Shown piece after piece: positions 1 through 8,474 of a stretch of DNA of 11,986 nucleotides (position 1 is the first letter of the stretch; every line of letters starts with the position of its first letter). A program made the position numbers and the translations under genes. The DNA comes from Fidelibacterota bacterium (lineage in GTDB: Bacteria > Fidelibacterota > Fidelibacteria > Fidelibacterales > Fidelibacteraceae). The notes under the pieces were generated by a model. The model was given only the letters and a program-made list of their open reading frames with translations, was not told the origin of the DNA and ran no database searches. Location: the NCBI GenBank assembly GCA_034723415.1, contig JAYEOX010000085.1, forward strand, positions 1-11,986. The letters are read 5' to 3'.

Positions 1-273
1 ATAATCCAATTCAGAATAATTATAAACCTTATTTTTTCTTATCAAACCTTAGTAGCAATATGATAACAATATAAAAACCTTTTTACCTTATTAATGTCGA
101 GTGTTTTTTTGGAACCTTATCGCCCGCTTATTCCCGCCTGAGTCGGGCAAGCAGAATATTCATTAATTTTCTTAAATATTATCACTTTATCTCTTTCTCC
201 TAATATTCTGATGTCAAATAACTTCAAGGAGGGAATATGCCTATGTGGTAAACTAATTATTCAACAAAATTAA

Positions 274-302
274 TTGCAAATCCAAAAATTTAATTTTATA
301 TT
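274..302 (+). promoter_or_regulatory. Putative sigma70 promoter for the antiporter operon
   Basis: TTGCAA (274-279), 17-nt spacer, TATATT (297-302). The ATG at 310 lies 7 nt downstream of the -10 element. Confidence 0.55.
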
Positions 303-309
303 TTACTAT

Positions 310-1545
310 ATGGAATGGTTAGAAATAATTAGAGAAAGTTTTTCAAAACACATTATTTTTAGTGTTGGGTTATTATTAATCGCAGGATATTTTTTTGGTA
401 AACTGTTTGAGAAATTAAAACTACCGACGATCACCGGTTATATTGTTGCTGGAATAATTGTCGGGACTTCGGGGTTACAATTAATTCACGAGGAAAATTA
501 TGAAAGTTTAAATCTAATTTCCGAAATAACACTATCTTTTATTGCTGTGATAATCGGAAGCGAGTTTTCGTTTCATAAATTGAAATTATACGGCTACAAA
601 ATAATAGTTCTAACTTTGAGTCAAATGTTCCTAACATTCATTTTTGTTTTTCTGGGATTTCATGCGCTTGGTTTCTCAATTTATATCTCTCTTATTCTCG
701 GTGCTATTTCAGCAGCAACAGCTCCAGCGGCTACAGTTGTCATAGTTGAAAAGTTAAGAGCAAGGGGAAAATTTGTCGATTATTTATATGGTATTGTCGC
801 ATTAGATGATGCGGGAACAATTCTATTATTTTCATTGGCATTTGCCTTATCTGCAGCTTTAATGGGCAATTCTGATATTGCATTAAATAAAACGGTTATT
901 CATGCTTTTCTTGAAATCGGAATTTCAATATTAATTGGTGTAATTGCAGGAATTATTATTCATTTAATTGTCAAAAAGAAAAAAAATGTCAATGAAATTA
1001 AAATCGCCGCTTTGGGAATTATTTTTCTCGCTACATCAATCAATCTAAGTTTACATTATTCACCGCTCATCTCAAACATGACAATAGGAATGGTTTTAAT
1101 AAATTTAGATATGAAAAATATACGAATTTTTGAATCAATCAAACCAATGACAGCTCCCTTATATGCAATATTTTTTGCTGTTGCCGGAATTGAACTCCAT
1201 CTACAAATGTTTCTCGATTGGAAAATTTTAATTGCCGGAATTGTTCTCATTATTTTAAGAGGATTGGGCAAGTATCTTGGAATATTTCTACCTGCAATGT
1301 CGATGAAAATCCAACCAAAAATCCGCAATTATTTAGGACTGAGTTTGTTACCACAAGCAGGAGTTGCCATCGGACTTGGAATATTTGTAAAAGGTTCGGA
1401 GTTGTTCTCAAATTCTTCTACTGTAATTCAATCTGAAATTAATCAAATGTTAACTTTACTATTGTTTTCTGTCTTTATTAATGAGTTGATAGGGCCAACT
1501 GTTTCCAAATTTGCAATAGTAAAAAATTTAAATAGGAGGACTTAA
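310..1545 (+). CDS. Cation:proton antiporter (Na+/H+ exchanger family, CPA2/KefB-like membrane domain only)
   Basis: About 12 hydrophobic segments. Family motifs LKLPTITGYIVAGIIVG, GAISAATAPA (TM4), GIVALDD (acidic pair) and GLSLLPQAGVAIGL. Start moved from the ORF-track TTG at 274, which coincides with the -35 box, to the in-frame ATG at 310 (MEWLEIIR...). Confidence 0.9.
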   Translation: MEWLEIIRESFSKHIIFSVGLLLIAGYFFGKLFEKLKLPTITGYIVAGIIVGTSGLQLIHEENYESLNLISEITLSFIAVIIGSEFSFHKLKLYGYKIIVLTLSQMFLTFIFVFLGFHALGFSIYISLILGAISAATAPAATVVIVEKLRARGKFVDYLYGIVALDDAGTILLFSLAFALSAALMGNSDIALNKTVIHAFLEIGISILIGVIAGIIIHLIVKKKKNVNEIKIAALGIIFLATSINLSLHYSPLISNMTIGMVLINLDMKNIRIFESIKPMTAPLYAIFFAVAGIELHLQMFLDWKILIAGIVLIILRGLGKYLGIFLPAMSMKIQPKIRNYLGLSLLPQAGVAIGLGIFVKGSELFSNSSTVIQSEINQMLTLLLFSVFINELIGPTVSKFAIVKNLNRRT

Positions 1546-2357
1546 TGGGAATAGAATCAGTCCTGAAACTTGAATGTTGTGAACCAAACTTCAAGGCAAA
1601 AAATAAAGATGATGCTTTGCAAAATATAAGCAAATTGTTAAAACGATATACTCCAATTAGCAAAACATCAGACGATAAAATTTACAAAGCACTTAAAAAA
1701 AGAGAAGAAGCAAGCTCAACAGGATTTGAAAACGGCATCGCTATTCCTCATTCACAAATTGAAGGGTTGAACGAATTTGTGATAGGGTTATTCATAAATA
1801 AAAATGGAATGGATTTTAATGCATTAGATCATAAGAAAACAAAAATATTTGTTGTCATTATTGGTCCACCCGGTGCAAAAGGTGAACACCTGAAACTACT
1901 TGCCCAAACATCGAGAATACTTAAAGAGCCAAATGCAATCGAAAACCTGTTAAACCAATCGACAAAAATTGGCCTATATGAAGAATTTTTAAGAAATGCT
2001 AATCCGAACATTCCAAAGAAATCTGAAAAAGAAAAAAATAAATTAATGATCCTAACAATTAGAGATCTGGATATTTTACAAGACATTTCAGAAATATTTA
2101 TAGAATACGGAATTGAGGAGGCAACGAGTATTAATAGCGAAGAGATGGAAAATGTATTAGCAAAGACACCGCTATTTTTTGGATTCTTTAATTTTACCGG
2201 TTCGCAAGATGGTGGAAGTAAAACAATATTCATTAAAATTAACGAAAATCATATTCAACCACTTATTAATGAATTTGAAGAAATATTTGGTGATCTGAAT
2301 TCATATTCCGGATTAAGTGTTATGGTTCTAAATATTGATTATGAAAAAGGAATTTAA
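1545..2357 (+). CDS. PTS EIIA (fructose/mannitol/Ntr family) domain fused to a C-terminal PII-like domain
   Basis: REEASSTGFENGIAIPH motif with the phosphorylatable His (H69), plus DFNALD and HLKLLA. Residues ~165-270 look like a ferredoxin-fold PII-like domain. SD AGGAGG at 1534-1539 and a TAATG stop/start overlap with the antiporter. Confidence 0.85.
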   Translation: MGIESVLKLECCEPNFKAKNKDDALQNISKLLKRYTPISKTSDDKIYKALKKREEASSTGFENGIAIPHSQIEGLNEFVIGLFINKNGMDFNALDHKKTKIFVVIIGPPGAKGEHLKLLAQTSRILKEPNAIENLLNQSTKIGLYEEFLRNANPNIPKKSEKEKNKLMILTIRDLDILQDISEIFIEYGIEEATSINSEEMENVLAKTPLFFGFFNFTGSQDGGSKTIFIKINENHIQPLINEFEEIFGDLNSYSGLSVMVLNIDYEKGI

Positions 2358-2361
2358 GTTT

Positions 2362-4857
2362 TTATTCATCTAATCTATCATAGATCAAATCACCGGGCTG
2401 GTGTCTTAAAAAACGAGAAAGAATGTATTTCGCCGAAACAACACTTACGCCGATCACACCAATTATTAATATCAATTGCATCCAGTTGAAATATCCAAGA
2501 AACGAATCAAATTCAAAATTGTTATTAAAAATTATTTGAAGAAGAACAAATGAAATCAAAAAAGCCAATAGCAATGTTTTAATAATAAAATCAAAAATTA
2601 TTTTTTTATAAATCGTTTTAATAGATTTTTTCGATGCCCCAAAAGCCAACAACAATCCCAACAATTTTCTGATCTTATGTAAATGAACATACAAGATATA
2701 AACAACATAAATTGCCAAGAAAAATAAGATAATGATAATAATACTCATGCCCAATAAATTCGTCAAAGCGGCTACAGAATTATAATTTTCCAAATTTTCT
2801 ATTGATTCTAAGCTCAACTCATAACCAAATGTTTTTAATAGATATTTTCTAAATTCTACGATCTTATCCAAATTCAACAATTGTGTTGAGATACCATTGT
2901 AAAAAGTCCGCTTGAATGAATTTTTAATGTTTCCGGCAATTTTCTCTTTTAACGGATAATATCTAAAAGCTTCTAAATTATTAGTTTTAATATTCACAGC
3001 ATTAATTAGTGAATCAAAAGATGAATTGACAAATTTTTCCCATTTGGATAGATCTTTAACATATCCGATCTTCAAAATAAATTGATCCTTTTTCACGATC
3101 GTATCTTTTTTAAAAGGCGTTACACGAATAGAATATGGTTTAAATCCGGCTTCTTTTATTGTCTCAATAAAATTTTCTTTATATAAATTTGCCTCGCTTT
3201 CATTTGCATATAAAAGTATTTCCTTTTTATGTTCATAAACTAATTCTCTTTTCATAACTGCCCAGTGGAATCCTTGCGTGCAGATAAAAGTATTTTTATG
3301 GGGCAAAGCATCTGCTATACCATAGATCGGTATTGGGATCTTTCTATCACCTTCGCGAATAAATATGAATTCTGCATTTTTCTCATAGTTATTCCGCTTA
3401 AGCAAATCATTGGTTACTATCAGTCCCATTTCATTATTTTTTTTGAACATTTTTCCTTCCAAATGCTCGGAAATTTTATTTAAAATGGAATTATTTTTCA
3501 CATTATTATTAACATTTACAATTTCACCAAAAGATAGTTCTTCCTTATCAAAATCTTCCTTGTTTAGAAAATTCAACCCAAAACGAGTTAATGCAAAACT
3601 CTCTTGAATATTGAATTTGTTCATCACTTCGGGAGAAGATAATTGATCTTCAATTGTATATATTTCATAACTCAATTGCCGCAACGGAGTTAAACTTAAC
3701 CAATTAATATATGGATCTTTCATCTTTTTTTCTAATTGATTCAAGCTGTGTTTAGAGACACCAATCGATAACAACCCAATTGTTAAAAAAATTAACAATA
3801 CAAGAAAATACAAATTATTAAATCGTATTTTAAAATCTTTGCTTTTATGTTTTTGCATAAAATTCACAAAAGTCGGCTGATAATTTTTCTTTTTTTCTGT
3901 TACATTAGAATCTTTTTCGTCGATTTGTTTTGCATCTTTTTTAATTTCAGGTGATTCTATTTGTCGTGTGATCTTATTTTCCAAAATGTTATAAAAGTCG
4001 ATGTTATTGCTGCTATTATCGAGTTCCCATTGTTGTGAATCATTGATCTCATTTTTCCAAATTTTCTTTCCTTCAATTTCTTCAGAAGTGAAAATATTTT
4101 CTTCATCAATAACACCATTTTCACTTATACAGACAATTCTATCTGCATATTTAACTGCCAGATCTTTCTGATGTGTAACAACCAATGCAGCGCTTTGTTC
4201 TTTTGAATTTTTTACCGTGCCAACCATCCATTTGAAAATTTGATTTGCATTTAATTCGTCGAGATTTCCCGTTGGCTCATCTGCAAACATAACTAAATAT
4301 TCCGGTAAAGATGCCCTAATAAAGGCAAACCGCTGATTTTGACCACCAGATTGAATGTTTGTTTTCTCACTCAATTTTGATTTCGGCATGTTCAACAATT
4401 CAACTTGCTTCTCTATATTTTCATAAATGGTTTCTTTATATTCTCTTTCCTCATGAGATGTTAATTTCTTATTTTGCTGAATAATTTTTGGTAGGATTAG
4501 ATTCTTCCCGGCATTTAATTCATCAAAAAAAACAGATTCTTGAAACATAAAACTAAAATAATCACTACGAATATGGGATAATGATTCTTCATCTTTCCAC
4601 AAATTACTGTACTCATAAGATCGGCTATTTTTTTCATTGGGATAAAAAATTATTTGGGAACTTTCGAATTCATCTTGATACGATCTTCTCATCAAACTCA
4701 GTGTTTCCAATAAAGTGGTTTTACCACAACCTGATTTGCCGAGAAATACTACAAATTCATCTTTATAAATATTTAATTTGGGAATATTTAAAACAGTCTT
4801 CCCACCGTAAGATTGAGTGAAATTGCGTATTGAAAATAATTTATTTTTTCCCCTCAT
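2362..4857 (-). CDS. ABC transporter ATP-binding/permease fusion, MacB/FtsX-like (type VII)
   Basis: Walker A GKSGCGKTT, Q-loop FMFQ, signature QSGGQNQR, Walker B/D-loop VMFADEPTGNLD, H-loop VVTH. These are followed by one TM, a large soluble loop and three TMs with an FtsX-like RKLLGLLLAFGASKKSI motif. Confidence 0.85.
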   Translation of the reverse strand: MRGKNKLFSIRNFTQSYGGKTVLNIPKLNIYKDEFVVFLGKSGCGKTTLLETLSLMRRSYQDEFESSQIIFYPNEKNSRSYEYSNLWKDEESLSHIRSDYFSFMFQESVFFDELNAGKNLILPKIIQQNKKLTSHEEREYKETIYENIEKQVELLNMPKSKLSEKTNIQSGGQNQRFAFIRASLPEYLVMFADEPTGNLDELNANQIFKWMVGTVKNSKEQSAALVVTHQKDLAVKYADRIVCISENGVIDEENIFTSEEIEGKKIWKNEINDSQQWELDNSSNNIDFYNILENKITRQIESPEIKKDAKQIDEKDSNVTEKKKNYQPTFVNFMQKHKSKDFKIRFNNLYFLVLLIFLTIGLLSIGVSKHSLNQLEKKMKDPYINWLSLTPLRQLSYEIYTIEDQLSSPEVMNKFNIQESFALTRFGLNFLNKEDFDKEELSFGEIVNVNNNVKNNSILNKISEHLEGKMFKKNNEMGLIVTNDLLKRNNYEKNAEFIFIREGDRKIPIPIYGIADALPHKNTFICTQGFHWAVMKRELVYEHKKEILLYANESEANLYKENFIETIKEAGFKPYSIRVTPFKKDTIVKKDQFILKIGYVKDLSKWEKFVNSSFDSLINAVNIKTNNLEAFRYYPLKEKIAGNIKNSFKRTFYNGISTQLLNLDKIVEFRKYLLKTFGYELSLESIENLENYNSVAALTNLLGMSIIIIILFFLAIYVVYILYVHLHKIRKLLGLLLAFGASKKSIKTIYKKIIFDFIIKTLLLAFLISFVLLQIIFNNNFEFDSFLGYFNWMQLILIIGVIGVSVVSAKYILSRFLRHQPGDLIYDRLDE

Positions 4858-4885
4858 AATCTATATTTTAAATCTCCCACAAAAT

Positions 4886-5240
4886 TTAATTATCATTTAA
4901 TTTCCAAAAACCACCTTTATCAGGTCCAATTCTTTTTAATATTCCCTGCTTTTTTAATTTTTTTAAGTGGTATTTAATTCCATCAGAAGTAATATCTCCT
5001 AATTTTTTAGACAGTTCTTTTCTACTAATAGATGGATTGTCTTTTATTAGCTTTAGAATTTTCTGGGTAGTTTTCTGGGTAGTTTTCTGGGTAGTTTTCT
5101 GGGTAGTTTTCTGGGTAGTTTTCTGGGTAGTTTTTTTCGCTTGTTTTAATTTTCTTGGAAATATAATTGTAAAAAAATTCCCAATATCAAATTTAATCGG
5201 TGATAAGTTAAATTTTTTTACATCAGATTTTATTCTATTT
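4886..5240 (-). pseudogene. 5'-truncated remnant (or short derived CDS) of an AlbA/RecG-C-like ATP-binding transcriptional regulator; C-terminal winged HTH retained
   Basis: QKILKLIKDNPSISRKELSKKLG-ITSDGIKYHLKKLKKQGILKRIGPDKGGFWK is the typical C-terminal wHTH of this family. It is preceded by (TTQK)6 and NRIK...PIKFDIGNFFTIIFPR, which resembles the tail of the HATPase_c_4 domain. The only ATG (5260) lies inside pepF. Confidence 0.6.
5059..5130. repeat. 12-bp tandem repeat (TTTTCTGGGTAG)x6, encoding (TTQK)6 on the - strand
   Basis: Six perfect contiguous copies read directly from the sequence. Confidence 0.98.
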
Positions 5241-7127
5241 TTGTTCTGCAATGATCTCATCCATTTCTGTTACTATTGTATCAAACAATTTTAAAGTATG
5301 TTCGATTGCATCGGGTTTTGACATATCAACTCCGGCCCCTTTTAAAAGTTCAATAGGATAATTTGAGCTTCCATTATGCAACATTGTCAAATAATTTGCA
5401 AGCACTTCTGTATCTCCGTCTAATACCTTTTGACTCAAATAAGTTGAAGCGGAAATACTTGTTGCATATACATACACATAAAAAGCACGATAGAAATGTG
5501 GAATTCTACTCCAAGTTAATTTATATTTTTCATCAAGTGTTAATACATCGCCGTAGAATTCATCTAAAATACCCATATATGCTTTATTCAATGACTTTGC
5601 TGTCAATGGGATTCCCTGTTCAGCCATTTCGTGAGATTTTTTCTCAAATTCAGCAAATAAAACTTGAGTATAAAGTGTTCCGGAAATGTTATCTGCCCAT
5701 TTATCCAATAGAACTAATCGTTCCTGTTCGTCTTTTGTATTTTCTAATAGAGATTGCATTAATAAATTTTCATTGAATGTCGAAGCAACTTCGGCAACAA
5801 ACAATGAGTAATTTGCATAGTGATATGGTTGTGTTTGGTTTGTATAAAAACTGTGCATTGAGTGTCCCAATTCATGTGCTAATGTGAACATATTATCGCG
5901 AGTATCATTGTAATTCAAAAGCATATATGGATGGGTGTCATAAGCCCCCCAAGAATAAGCTCCGCTTCTTTTTCCCTTGGTTTCATAGACATCAATCCAT
6001 CGAGAATTCAGTGCCTTTTTTGCATCTTTTACATACCGTTTACCTAATGGTTTCAAAGCACTTAATACCAATTCGCGTGCTTCATCAAAAGAATATTTTT
6101 TGTCAGAATCCTTAACTATTGGAACATTTGTGTCGTAAAGATGTAACGAATCAATACCTAAAATTTTCTTCCTTAATTCCATATAGTGCTGTAAAGGTTT
6201 CAAATATTTATGTGTCGTTTCGATAAGATTGTCATAAACTTCCACAGGAATATTATCATCAGAAAGTGACATTTCCAAACTGCTGTTATATCCTCTTGCT
6301 TTTGAGTAGAATACATCTTTTTTTACAGAGCCATCATAAGTTGCTGCACTTGTATTATTAAATTTTTCAAAAGTTGAATACATTCCTTCAAATGCACCGC
6401 GACGAACTTTTGCATCTTTTGATAATAACAATTTTCTATACCTGGAATATGATAATTCTATTTCATCGCCTTCGTCATTTTTTACTTTTGGGAATTGAAT
6501 ATCTGCTGTTGTTAATGCTTCACGAATTCGAGAAAAATTTCTGAAAACATTCCCTGCCATTGCTAATAATTCTTCTTCACGACTTGATAAAATATATTTT
6601 TTTTGTCTTAAAAAATTATCAAAATAGTGTCTGTAATTTTTCAATCCTTTTGTGGAATTGATGAATTTATTTAATTTTGATTCCGGAATATTTCGTAATT
6701 CAGGTGCTACAAATGATGTTTTTTGAACGTATTGAGAATATAAAGAACTGATCCTGTCTGTCAATGCTAAATTTTCTGATATTCTTGTATCTTCATCTTT
6801 TTGTAAATAGGCAAAAATTTGTAATTGGTCTAATTTCCTTTCGATCTTATCTTCTGCTTTGAAACATTTTAGTATATTTTTACCGGATTTCCCCAAAGTT
6901 CCCTTAAATTTTTCGATATCTGAAATATGCGATTTAACATATTCAAAGTCACTTTCCCATTCATCAGCAGAATCATAAATATCCTGCAAATTCCATTTAT
7001 ACTGATTTTCAATATCTTGGCGAGTTGGCATTTTACCTGCATTTGAATCGACTTTTTTGCTCTGGCATGAAGTTAATCCTAATGCTAGTGTCAATGCAAT
7101 TAACATAATAAACAATTTAGTTCTCAT
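5235..7127 (-). CDS. pepF: Oligoendopeptidase F (peptidase M3B) with N-terminal lipoprotein signal
   Basis: YKWNLQDIY N-terminal motif, WIDVYETKGKRSGAYSWG, zinc motif TLAHELGHSMH, third ligand AEVASTFNE, WSRIPHFY. SD AGGAGA upstream. Lipobox LTS-C21. Confidence 0.93.
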   Translation of the reverse strand: MRTKLFIMLIALTLALGLTSCQSKKVDSNAGKMPTRQDIENQYKWNLQDIYDSADEWESDFEYVKSHISDIEKFKGTLGKSGKNILKCFKAEDKIERKLDQLQIFAYLQKDEDTRISENLALTDRISSLYSQYVQKTSFVAPELRNIPESKLNKFINSTKGLKNYRHYFDNFLRQKKYILSSREEELLAMAGNVFRNFSRIREALTTADIQFPKVKNDEGDEIELSYSRYRKLLLSKDAKVRRGAFEGMYSTFEKFNNTSAATYDGSVKKDVFYSKARGYNSSLEMSLSDDNIPVEVYDNLIETTHKYLKPLQHYMELRKKILGIDSLHLYDTNVPIVKDSDKKYSFDEARELVLSALKPLGKRYVKDAKKALNSRWIDVYETKGKRSGAYSWGAYDTHPYMLLNYNDTRDNMFTLAHELGHSMHSFYTNQTQPYHYANYSLFVAEVASTFNENLLMQSLLENTKDEQERLVLLDKWADNISGTLYTQVLFAEFEKKSHEMAEQGIPLTAKSLNKAYMGILDEFYGDVLTLDEKYKLTWSRIPHFYRAFYVYVYATSISASTYLSQKVLDGDTEVLANYLTMLHNGSSNYPIELLKGAGVDMSKPDAIEHTLKLFDTIVTEMDEIIAEQK

Positions 7128-7162
7128 CTTTTCTCCTTTTTTATTTTTTTTCTACATTTTAT

Positions 7163-7191
7163 AATTTACAAATTATTTCTTATTTTTGCAA
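7163..7191 (-). promoter_or_regulatory. Putative sigma70 promoter for pepF
   Basis: On the - strand: TTGCAA (7191-7186), 17-nt spacer, TAAATT (7168-7163). The background is AT-rich, so a chance match is possible. Confidence 0.4.
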
Positions 7192-7213
7192 AACATTATT
7201 CTTTTTCAATAAA

Positions 7214-8419
7214 TTATTCATTAAAATTATTCAAAAAATCTAAAATATGATAATGTTCTATTCCTTCATATTGTTCACCAATGATTTCGTCCATCGAGAT
7301 AACAATTTTTTTATAATTATCTTTAATTTCTGCTAAATTATCAAATTCTCGATGCCACACTTTTTCATTGGGAATTATGTAAGTAACTTGAATATATAGT
7401 TTTTTATTATTTTTTGTGCAAACGAAATCTATTTCCTTTTTGTCGGATTTGCCAACCATTATCTCATAACCCAAAATTGACAAATGTATGAAAACAAGGT
7501 TTTCCAATATCTTATTAATATCTTTTTGTGAATACCCGATAATTGCATGACGAATTCCTAAATCCTCAAAATAATATTTCTCACCAATCTCAAACATTTT
7601 TTTTCCAAGAATATCATATCTTGAAACTTTAAAAACAAAGAATGCAGATACCAAATAGTGTAAATAATTCAGCACAATATTTGTAGATTTACTAATTTTT
7701 TGCGATTTCAAAAAGTCACTAATTTTTCTAGCTGAAACGATGCTTCCAACATTATTGGATAGATATTTTACTAATTTCTCCAAAAATGGAACATCTCTTA
7801 ATTGATATCTGGCAACTATATCTTTTAAGACAATAGTGTTATAAACATTCATTAAATATGGATATACAATTTCAGTTGTTAAATCCAAATTTATCAAATA
7901 TGGCAATCCGCCGAATTTTATATATTTTGTTAATGATTTGTTTTCATTTTGTAATTTGTGAAATTTTAAAAATTCCCGATAAGAAAGACCATAAATTTTA
8001 ATTTCAATATAACGACCACTTAAAAATGTCGCTAATTCACCGGAAAGTAATTTAGCATTGCTACCGGAACAATAAATATCATATTTCCCTTTTGCAAAAT
8101 AATGTCGTAATGCTTTTTCAAATTGTTCTATATCTTGAATTTCATCAATAAAAATATAGTTTTTTTCATTCGGCATTTTTTTTGAATCAATATATTCAAT
8201 TAAATCTTTATAATTTCTTATTTCGTCAAATTCATGAAACTCTTTATTTATGAATATTATATTTGTTCTACTATTTTGCTCCTTAATATAATCCATTAGT
8301 TGATAGAGAAAATAACTTTTCCCAACTCTTCTCTGTCCGATTATCACTTTTATCAAATTTTTATTAATATATGGTTCAATTTTCTTTTGATAATATAAGC
8401 GCTTAATATATTTTTTCAT
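7214..8419 (-). CDS. AAA+ superfamily ATP-binding protein (AAA_14 + central HTH-like segment + DUF4143)
   Basis: Walker A GQRRVGKS, Walker B IFIDEIQ, SGSNAKLLSGELATFLSGRY, FGGLP, KYYFEDLGIR, LENLVF and a C-terminal EIDFV...IQVTY restriction-endonuclease-like motif. SD AGGAG at 8427-8431. Confidence 0.9.
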   Translation of the reverse strand: MKKYIKRLYYQKKIEPYINKNLIKVIIGQRRVGKSYFLYQLMDYIKEQNSRTNIIFINKEFHEFDEIRNYKDLIEYIDSKKMPNEKNYIFIDEIQDIEQFEKALRHYFAKGKYDIYCSGSNAKLLSGELATFLSGRYIEIKIYGLSYREFLKFHKLQNENKSLTKYIKFGGLPYLINLDLTTEIVYPYLMNVYNTIVLKDIVARYQLRDVPFLEKLVKYLSNNVGSIVSARKISDFLKSQKISKSTNIVLNYLHYLVSAFFVFKVSRYDILGKKMFEIGEKYYFEDLGIRHAIIGYSQKDINKILENLVFIHLSILGYEIMVGKSDKKEIDFVCTKNNKKLYIQVTYIIPNEKVWHREFDNLAEIKDNYKKIVISMDEIIGEQYEGIEHYHILDFLNNFNE

Positions 8420-8474
8420 TTCCTTACTCCTTTTTTATAAAATTCGAATTAAATCATATTGTAACATTTTTCTA

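Noticed and set aside
117..185. 22-codon - strand ORF (GTG start, AGGAGA upstream)
   Set aside because: Very short, runs through the GC hairpin and has no recognisable similarity, so it cannot be supported.
274..309. ORF-track TTG start of the antiporter
   Set aside because: It coincides with the predicted -35 box and has no SD. The ATG at 310 is preferred.
1056..2233. Short ORFs 1056-1328, 1218-1436, 1478-1663, 1829-2233
   Set aside because: Shadow ORFs overlapping the well-supported antiporter and EIIA genes, with no recognisable motifs.
5037..5294. 85-aa ORF with (FWVV)n
   Set aside because: Antisense reading of the (TTQK)n repeat. The opposite strand has the recognisable wHTH.
3265..6115. 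Short + strand ORFs 3265-3483, 3410-3607, 4581-4820, 5363-5776, 5927-6115
   Set aside because: Antisense to the ABC transporter or pepF, with no motifs.
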